This document shows, one piece after another, positions 57,208 to 64,000 of a stretch of 64,000 bases of DNA (position 1 is its first letter; each line of letters opens with the position of its first letter). This stretch comes from Candidatus Babeliales bacterium (GTDB lineage Bacteria > Babelota > Babeliae > Babelales > JANWKD01). Location of the stretch: positions 96,001-160,000 of the forward strand of contig CAVXJH010000003.1 of assembly GCA_963762115.1 (NCBI GenBank), written 5' to 3'. Under the pieces are notes generated by a model, which ran no database searches, had not been told where the DNA came from, and saw only the letters and a list, made by a program, of their open reading frames with translations. Made by a program: the position numbers and the translations under genes.

Positions 57208-58323
57208 TTAAACATTAAACTTAATGTTAATAATATCACCATCTTGGACAATATAATCTTGACCTTCAGTCTTCATTTTGCCTTTTTCTTTAACTTTAGC
57301 TTCAGTTCCTAAAGCAAAGAAATCAGCACAATTGAAAACATCGGCGCAAATAAAACCGCGCTCTAAATCTGAGTGAATTTCGCCGCCAGCTTGACGAACT
57401 GTTTTTCCTGCTTGGAAAGGCCAGGCATGAATTTCTCGTGGTCCGCAGGTGAAAAAGGTAATTAATCCGAGATTTTTATAGGTTTTTTGAATAATGGTTG
57501 CTAATCCGCTTGATTCAATGCCCATAAAACCCATCATTTCAGCAGCTTCTTCCTCATTGAGCTGAGAAAGTTCATATTCCAATTTTGCACTGATAGGAAT
57601 AACTTTATCACTGCCAAATCTTTTGATGAGCGTTTGATAATATTTATTATTGTCATAACCGCCTTGTTCTGCTTCATGTTCAGCAATATTGGCAACAATA
57701 ATAAAATTTTTAGCCGACAACAAAGATATCGTTTTAATTTCAGGATGTTGTGCAATAATGGCATGCACTGATTCTATGGTGCCTTTATTGAGTTCTTTAT
57801 TGATTGTTTCTAAAAAAATGAGTTCAGCTGAAAGCTCTTTGAATTCTGCAGGTTTGCTTTTGGCTGATTTAAGCAGATGATTTACTTTTTCGATGCGTTT
57901 GGTAACGGATTCGATATCTTTGAGCATAAGTTCTGCACAAATAATTTCATAATCAGCTAAGGGATCAATTTCATTAGCAGTATGGATGATATTAGAATCT
58001 TCAAAACAACGAACAACGTGAATGATCAAATCAACTTCTCTAATATGCGTTAAAAATTGGTTGCCAAGACCTTCTCCCGAAGCGGCACCTTTTACTAAGC
58101 CCGCAATATCAACAAAGCTTACCGTTGCAGGAATTTGTTTTTGACTGTTATATAATTTTTGTAGTGTTCCCAAACGTTCATCAGGAACATTGGTGATGGC
58201 AACATGAGGGTCGATGGTGCAAAAGGGATAATTCTCTGCAGGAACAGAAGATTTCGTTAAGGCATTAAAAAGTGTTGATTTTCCTACGTTGGGTAACCCG
58301 ACAAGACCAGCTCGAATGCTCAT
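57208..58323 (-). CDS. ychF: Redox-regulated ATPase YchF
   Basis: GLVGLPNVGKSTLFNALT, NYPFCTIDP, DIAGLVKGA..GEGLGNQFL, IHSDLERGFI. Confidence 0.97.
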   Translation of the reverse strand: MSIRAGLVGLPNVGKSTLFNALTKSSVPAENYPFCTIDPHVAITNVPDERLGTLQKLYNSQKQIPATVSFVDIAGLVKGAASGEGLGNQFLTHIREVDLIIHVVRCFEDSNIIHTANEIDPLADYEIICAELMLKDIESVTKRIEKVNHLLKSAKSKPAEFKELSAELIFLETINKELNKGTIESVHAIIAQHPEIKTISLLSAKNFIIVANIAEHEAEQGGYDNNKYYQTLIKRFGSDKVIPISAKLEYELSQLNEEEAAEMMGFMGIESSGLATIIQKTYKNLGLITFFTCGPREIHAWPFQAGKTVRQAGGEIHSDLERGFICADVFNCADFFALGTEAKVKEKGKMKTEGQDYIVQDGDIINIKFNV

Positions 58324-58525
58324 ATATATAACTTTCTTTTAGTGTAAATTTTTATTTACTACCAAGTGTGCTTTAAAAAACTAAATTTATCAAATAATTT
58401 GTTATTTTTTTATCAATATTAGAAATTATTGACTTTTAATTTAAAAATTTTTTATCCTATTTATAACTATAGATTATTGATGTTGATAAAAAATAATAAT
58501 TAAAAATTTTGATAGGGCGGTTGCG

Positions 58526-61438
58526 ATGAAAAAACAATTATTTTTTTGGCTTTTGATGAGTGCAATAAGTATTTCAGTGTTAGAAAATATGGTTGCATCA
58601 GTGCGGGAAGGCAAGGCTAAAGTATGGGAACCTGCAAGAGAGCCAGAAACATTGGAAGCTGCTAAAAAATTGGAAGAGCAATCAAAAATAAAAGAACAAG
58701 ATGCCCAAAAAAAGCTTGAAGAAGCTAAATTAGAAAAAAATACTGAAGAAGTTGATAGGCAGGAAAAACTATTTGAAGGGGCTAAATTTGATAGAATTAC
58801 TGCCGAAAAAAAGATTAACGTGGAAACATTAAAGGCAGAAATGGCAGATCCTGCAAAAATAGCAGAAGCAAATGCCCAGTTGGAAGCGCGAAAAAAAGTA
58901 ATAGAACAAAAAATTCAAGCTATAGAAAATGAATTGGCTAAGGGTGGTACTTCAATAGGCGGTGGAACGATTGCTGATTCATATAAAGATGCTTTTCAAG
59001 AAAAATTCAAAAAATTGGCTCAGAATCAAAGTGAATTAATTGCTTTTATGCAAGGGGAACTTATTCAACTTGGTATGGGTAAATCAAAGATTACATTTGA
59101 GCATACAGGTCCGCTTGACTATGCTGCACAAAAAGAAATATTAAAAGTACTTAATGATGTTCTTGCAACCTACAGAAGTTCTGATGAAAAAATTATTAAA
59201 ATAAAAGATGAAATAAAAAATACGCTTACTCAAATTGATACTTTTGAAAAAAATCCACCACAAGCGATTCCCAATAATGCAGTTGATAGTAAATTGCAAC
59301 TTTCAGAAAAAATTCCTTCTGATCAAATTAAAGTGTTAAAAAAAGAATTAGGACAACTGTTTTTTGAGAAAGAATATAAAACACCTGCACAACAGGCGAA
59401 AGCTCTTGATGAATTGCGGACTATTGTAGATGCTTATGACATTGCCGATAAAGGCGTGATTAATCTTCTTAATGAACGTCTCTTGTCGCCCTCTGTGGTT
59501 GAATTTCGTATTAAAGAAGCAAAATCTTTGGAACGGAAAAATGCAATCATCACCGATGTATTAAAAACTGCACGCTTGCAAAGTGTGACTTCGCCAGAAA
59601 AATATACTCGAGAAGCTGATCTTCTGAAAAACTTAGCAACTGGTGTTAGCAAATTAGGTTTGGAATTTGCTGAAGTTGTTGTAGGCATGAACGAACGATT
59701 ACAGGAAATAAATAATTTTAAACCAGGTCAAAAGCCGCGCCATGAAACTGCACTTGGTAAAGAGTTGAAACTTACTGATAAAATTTCATTTGATAAAATC
59801 GTTGTCTTGCAAGAAGAGCGCGGCAAGGCAATGGCAGACTATAGAGAATTAGCAAAGACTGATGAAAATGCAGCATTAAAAAATCTTGACCAAGCATTGA
59901 AAGATATTCAAGCGACTATGCAAGATTATTCGTTAACTGATGGCCGCTATAAAGAGTTATATGACAGTATTAGCAACGACATTGCTGCCATGAAAGCTAA
60001 AATTCCTGAGAAACTACCGGCAGGCGTTTCCGAAGAAAATGTTGCGCCAGGCGGTGTGATTGACGCATTGGTAAAAGGCACTCTCGATCAAGGCACAAAA
60101 CTATTGATTACTGGCCTTGATGCAATGCAGGGTGGCGTTGATTATCTCATAGCAAAAGAAATGGTTGCCGTTGATATGTTTTCAGAGAAAGTAATATCGG
60201 CTGGAGAACAACTTGCGGATCTTGGCAATTCTTTTGAAACAGTTCCTGACACCGTAAGTAATTCAACAGATCTTCTAGAAACGATCAATCAAAATGTGCA
60301 TGTTCAAAGTTTTAAAGCAGACGGAACGCCAAAGACTATTGTTAATCTTGTTGCCGGGAAAAAGGTTGTTGGGCAAGTTGATCGTGTCCTTAAATCAGCT
60401 GAAAACACAGAAATATTGTTAAAGAATCCTACTGTGAAATATATTGCTTCAAAAGTGGGTGTTTTAGGAAGGGCGTTGCAAGCCGTTGGGAAAGCTGCCG
60501 TGGAAGTTGGCAATTACGCTGGAGAGATTGGCAATGCTTCTAAAAAAGAGCTTGCAGCATTTGATTCTAGTTCAAAAAAACAAATAGCAGAAAAAACTAT
60601 GGCGCGAAAAGAACTTGAAAAAGCGTTAGAGCGTTTAAAAAATGAAAGTCTTGCTCCTTCGGTTGGTGATGTTCTTCCTGTAGAAGTAAAGAGGGGCGTC
60701 AAAAAATTCTTTGCTGATTTGTATGAAAAAATTAACGCCATCTTTAATAAGCCTAAAGGTATTAGAGAACGATTGAATATAGCGAGCAAAAACTATGAAA
60801 ATGCGCGTACTGCTTATGCAGAATTTTTGGGCGTAGCTCCCAATGCTTCAGTTAAGGTCATTGACGCGGCCATAGCAAATAATCCAAATAAAACACAGCA
60901 GAAAAAATTGGAAACAACGTTATTGAATGCTGCAAAATCATACACGGGAATTGTGCAAGAGTATGCAGGAATATTGAAGGGTGTAGGTTCAACGGTAGAT
61001 TTAATTATAAGCGCGCCAGATAGTATTTTGATTGATGCAAATTTTAATAAAAATATTTTAGGGCAAGAAGGTAAGTTAGTCGAAGATATTGATGCATTTA
61101 TTGATATTCGTCGCAAAAGACAAGCATATTTATCATCAATTCAAGGTGAAAGCGCTCGTATATTTGAAGCAGTTAGTAAAATGACCGCTGGAACGCCAGT
61201 TGATGTTATTTCTAATCGCGTAAGGGAAAATATTGCGGCATTAACAGAAGGCGCATTGCTTAATGGATTAGGTATGTTTGTGCAGGAGAATAATCGTTTG
61301 GAAACGGATTTACGAACTCAACGAGATGAAATTCAGAAAAAATTACCAAAAGTTGCAACGCCAAGTTCTGGCGGAAGCACATCGGGTGGAGATGGCCCTG
61401 CTCCTGTTGATGGTGGTGATGGAGAATATAATGGTTGA
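58526..61438 (+). CDS. Large exported alpha-helical/coiled-coil protein
   Basis: 970 aa, signal peptide, K/E/A-rich heptads, Gly/Asp-rich tail. Confidence 0.8.
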   Translation: MKKQLFFWLLMSAISISVLENMVASVREGKAKVWEPAREPETLEAAKKLEEQSKIKEQDAQKKLEEAKLEKNTEEVDRQEKLFEGAKFDRITAEKKINVETLKAEMADPAKIAEANAQLEARKKVIEQKIQAIENELAKGGTSIGGGTIADSYKDAFQEKFKKLAQNQSELIAFMQGELIQLGMGKSKITFEHTGPLDYAAQKEILKVLNDVLATYRSSDEKIIKIKDEIKNTLTQIDTFEKNPPQAIPNNAVDSKLQLSEKIPSDQIKVLKKELGQLFFEKEYKTPAQQAKALDELRTIVDAYDIADKGVINLLNERLLSPSVVEFRIKEAKSLERKNAIITDVLKTARLQSVTSPEKYTREADLLKNLATGVSKLGLEFAEVVVGMNERLQEINNFKPGQKPRHETALGKELKLTDKISFDKIVVLQEERGKAMADYRELAKTDENAALKNLDQALKDIQATMQDYSLTDGRYKELYDSISNDIAAMKAKIPEKLPAGVSEENVAPGGVIDALVKGTLDQGTKLLITGLDAMQGGVDYLIAKEMVAVDMFSEKVISAGEQLADLGNSFETVPDTVSNSTDLLETINQNVHVQSFKADGTPKTIVNLVAGKKVVGQVDRVLKSAENTEILLKNPTVKYIASKVGVLGRALQAVGKAAVEVGNYAGEIGNASKKELAAFDSSSKKQIAEKTMARKELEKALERLKNESLAPSVGDVLPVEVKRGVKKFFADLYEKINAIFNKPKGIRERLNIASKNYENARTAYAEFLGVAPNASVKVIDAAIANNPNKTQQKKLETTLLNAAKSYTGIVQEYAGILKGVGSTVDLIISAPDSILIDANFNKNILGQEGKLVEDIDAFIDIRRKRQAYLSSIQGESARIFEAVSKMTAGTPVDVISNRVRENIAALTEGALLNGLGMFVQENNRLETDLRTQRDEIQKKLPKVATPSSGGSTSGGDGPAPVDGGDGEYNG

Positions 61439-61525
61439 ATTTGAAACTATTGCATATTGCACTGGTTTATGTAATCATATTTTTTGTAGTTGTATAGTAG
61501 TGTCGTCATAAAGAAAGGAGATGAT

Positions 61526-61771
61526 ATGCATTCACCAATGAAATTCGTTTATTACTTGATTGTTTTTATTGCCGCTTTAGGCTCGATCCATCTTGGATTG
61601 TTGGCTGCAGGATATGATATTCTTGCAATGGGAAATTTAGCACATCTTACCAAAGTTATTTATACAGCTTTTGGTGTTTGTGGTGCATTAACTGTTGTTA
61701 TGCTTTTCATGCATTGCAGTGGTCATTGTCACGCAGGTTCATGTGGCAGTTCTTGTGGATGTGGCAAATAA
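61526..61771 (+). CDS. DUF378-like small membrane protein with Cys/His tail
   Basis: AAGGAG RBS; two TM helices; IYTAFGVCG; HCSGHCHAGSCGSSCGC. Confidence 0.65.
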   Translation: MHSPMKFVYYLIVFIAALGSIHLGLLAAGYDILAMGNLAHLTKVIYTAFGVCGALTVVMLFMHCSGHCHAGSCGSSCGCGK

Positions 61772-61796
61772 AAGCTCATTTATCTAAGAATTTTTT

Positions 61797-61830
61797 AAGA
61801 GGTCTGTTTTTAACAAGCAGACCTCTTTTT
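61797..61830 (+). terminator. Rho-independent terminator
   Basis: AAGAGGTCTGTTT...AAGCAGACCTCTT plus T-run. Confidence 0.8.
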
Positions 61831-61901
61831 CATTTAGAATTTAATACAGATTTGGTGAATAGAAGCATGCTAGGCTGAAATAAAGAAACATTAATAACAA
61901 T

Positions 61902-62093
61902 ATTGTCATTGCGAGGCACATTGTGCCGTGGCAACCCAGCGTATAAAATTCTATTAAATTTTCAATAAAAATTTTCCCCGCAACGTAAAAAACTAAAACT
62001 ATGTTCATATAATTTTATTTTTTCATAATGATCTTATTTATTAGAACATTATAATCTGGGTTGCCACGGCACAATGTGCCTCGCAATGACAAT
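61902..62093. mobile_element. MITE / REP-doublet element, copy 2
   Basis: Perfect 38-bp inverted repeats (61902-61939, 62056-62093); spacer ends homologous to copy 1. Confidence 0.8.
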
Positions 62094-62102
62094 CGGAGCT
62101 AT

Positions 62103-63095
62103 TTATCCTATTAAATTATTGTTTTTTGTGCCAATAGTGGTTCCCATTTTCAACGATGTTTCTTTACCCTTTTTTGAGTTATGAACATACTCGGGGTTGA
62201 TCTTTAGGATATCTTTTTTAAACAGCAAAACGACCGTTGAGCCACCAAAGCAAAAATAACCAGCCTCATCACCTTTTTTGTGCATGCTATCGGGTGTATA
62301 AGTTTGTTTGATCGCACCAACAAAAAGTGCGCCAACGCTAATCATGACAACATCACCACAATCTGTTTTTAAAAGGGTAAGGTGCCGTTCATTTTGGGTG
62401 AGTGGTTGTACACCACTAAAATAAGCAAGGGGATGAACAGATTCATAAATTCCCTTTATGCGGATTGCTTTTGAAGGTGTGCAATTGAGCGGAAAATGAA
62501 AACGATGGTAATCCCACGGAGCAAGTCTAAAAAGCAGTAATGTGCCGCCTTCATAGTCTTGAGCTAATTTTTTATCACCTAAAAAGGTCGCTAGATCAAA
62601 TTTTGATTCTTTGACAGGAAAATGCATAGTTTGGGAAATATTTTCAATTACTATGAGGGTGCCATCTGCAGGAGAAATTACCGTTGCATGGTGAGAATCA
62701 AAAGGACGAGCATCTGTTTTGAGTTTTCTAATAAAAAAATCATTAAAAGTTCTAAAATGCGTGATGGGGTTTTCTGCTTCGTGCATATTAATATCATAGG
62801 TATTAATAAACGGTTTGATATAATATGAGCTAAAACGCTTATCGCACATCCAACCGGCTAATGAACTAGCCCATGGTTTTGTCAAACAGCTTCGTACTAT
62901 TTTTCCAATGGTGTTTTTATATAAAAAATGGAGTGACGAAGGTGTTTTATGAACTTTATTCATAGAAATAATCGTTGGTTCCGTGGTAATTAAGGGTACT
63001 TTTTGAGTTGTACCATGACTTTTACTAAAAAAGCAAATAAAAGTGACTATCGAGAGTAATAGATACTTTCTTTGAATAGTTATTTTTTTTAACAT
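62103..63095 (-). CDS. psd: Phosphatidylserine decarboxylase proenzyme
   Basis: TFNDFFIRKLK...RP, ISPADG, RLAPWDYHRFHFP, GYFCFGGSTVVLLF cleavage motif. Confidence 0.93.
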   Translation of the reverse strand: MLKKITIQRKYLLLSIVTFICFFSKSHGTTQKVPLITTEPTIISMNKVHKTPSSLHFLYKNTIGKIVRSCLTKPWASSLAGWMCDKRFSSYYIKPFINTYDINMHEAENPITHFRTFNDFFIRKLKTDARPFDSHHATVISPADGTLIVIENISQTMHFPVKESKFDLATFLGDKKLAQDYEGGTLLLFRLAPWDYHRFHFPLNCTPSKAIRIKGIYESVHPLAYFSGVQPLTQNERHLTLLKTDCGDVVMISVGALFVGAIKQTYTPDSMHKKGDEAGYFCFGGSTVVLLFKKDILKINPEYVHNSKKGKETSLKMGTTIGTKNNNLIG

Positions 63096-63244
63096 TTTTT
63101 CCTCCGTTAAAGTCTTTTAGCTTTTTAATTCTAACAGATATAGTCACTATTGACAAAAGGTTAGGTAAAAACAGTGACGATTGTATGCTTTTTTTGTAAA
63201 ATGAAAGTTCTTTTAGATTATTTGATTAAAAAGGCTTTATTGGT

Positions 63245-64000
63245 ATGATCATCAGTGAAAATCCAGCATTATCGTTAACTCCCTTAATGCAACAATATTT
63301 TGAAATAAAAACGAACTATCCCGATGCTTTGCTTTTATTTCAAGTCGGTGACTTTTATGAACTTTTCTATGATGATGCCAAACGTGCTGCCGCTTGTTTG
63401 GCAATTGCGCTAACAGCACGCGGTAAAAATAATGGTGAACCAATTCCTTTGTGCGGTGTTCCGGTTCATGCGATTGATCATTATCTTACCAAATTAATTC
63501 GTAATGGATTCAAGGTGGTACTGTGTAATCAGCTTGAACCAGCAACGCCAGGAAAAGTTGTTGCTCGTGGGGTGACGCAGGTTTTTACTCCTGGTACTTT
63601 AACTGATGCAACGTTATTAGATGAAAAGTCTGCATCGTATTTATTTTCTTTTTTTCCTGGGGAACAGTATTCAGGGCTTCTTTTTGGTGAATTGTTAACA
63701 GCACAACTTTTTGCAACAGTACTTTCTCAGGCTCAAATTCGATCATTGGAAGCGGAAATAGGAAGATTTATGCCTGATGAAATTGTGCTGCCAGGTACAA
63801 AACAGGGTAAAGAATATAATCATTATTTTGCTAAATTAGGCTATTATACCACGCAATTTGATCACGATATAAGCTTAACACCTGAAATTATGAAGTGGAG
63901 TAATCAATTTCATGATGATGCAAAAAAACATCTTATGCACTATGAACCTTTGCAAGGAGCTTTGGCTATTTTTTATGGGTATTTAAAGAAAAATCAGGTA
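63245..64000 (+). CDS. mutS: DNA mismatch repair protein MutS (partial, runs off the window)
   Basis: Own translation: LTPLMQQYFEIK.NYPDALLLFQVGDFYELFYDDA...IPLCGVP.HA; absent from the ORF track because there is no stop in the window. Confidence 0.95.
   Translation, partial: MIISENPALSLTPLMQQYFEIKTNYPDALLLFQVGDFYELFYDDAKRAAACLAIALTARGKNNGEPIPLCGVPVHAIDHYLTKLIRNGFKVVLCNQLEPATPGKVVARGVTQVFTPGTLTDATLLDEKSASYLFSFFPGEQYSGLLFGELLTAQLFATVLSQAQIRSLEAEIGRFMPDEIVLPGTKQGKEYNHYFAKLGYYTTQFDHDISLTPEIMKWSNQFHDDAKKHLMHYEPLQGALAIFYGYLKKNQV

Noticed and set aside
59434..61116. Several minus-strand ORFs inside the 970-aa gene (and similar shadow ORFs elsewhere)
   Set aside because: Antisense shadows of long coding frames with no RBS or recognisable motifs

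Overview
AT-rich bacterial chromosome segment. The gene content suggests an intracellular parasite of protists, probably Ca. Dependentiae/Babeliae (TM6); this is an inference from the many signal-peptide orphans and the ankyrin, WD40, Skp1-like and F-box-like proteins. The housekeeping backbone is MATE-gatC-gatA, uvrA, uppP-ftsK-murF-rsmH-spoVG-tRNA-Gln, two maf paralogs, hspR-htpX, ychF, psd and mutS (partial). Accessory highlights: (1) a ~9.75 kb primase-encoding element integrated at the tRNA-Gln 3' end. Its large serine recombinase ORF reads through the att site, so it ends in an antisense-tRNA-encoded tail when integrated, while excision would join it in frame to a different 35-aa tail stored at the far end of the element. 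(2) A second 5.9 kb island bounded by 54-bp direct repeats of the tRNA end plus terminator, carrying tandem Skp1/F-box/WD40 fusion proteins and YhcG. (3) A putative polymorphic toxin split at an A8 tract, followed by two immunity-like genes and bracketed by two membrane-anchored AAA+ ATPases. (4) Two F-box-like effector cassettes delimited by three copies of the maf 3' end. (5) Two MITE/REP-doublet elements with covarying hairpins. (6) A recurring 'signal peptide then Met' N-terminus in about 15 orphan proteins. All product calls come from motif recognition by eye; no database searches were run.
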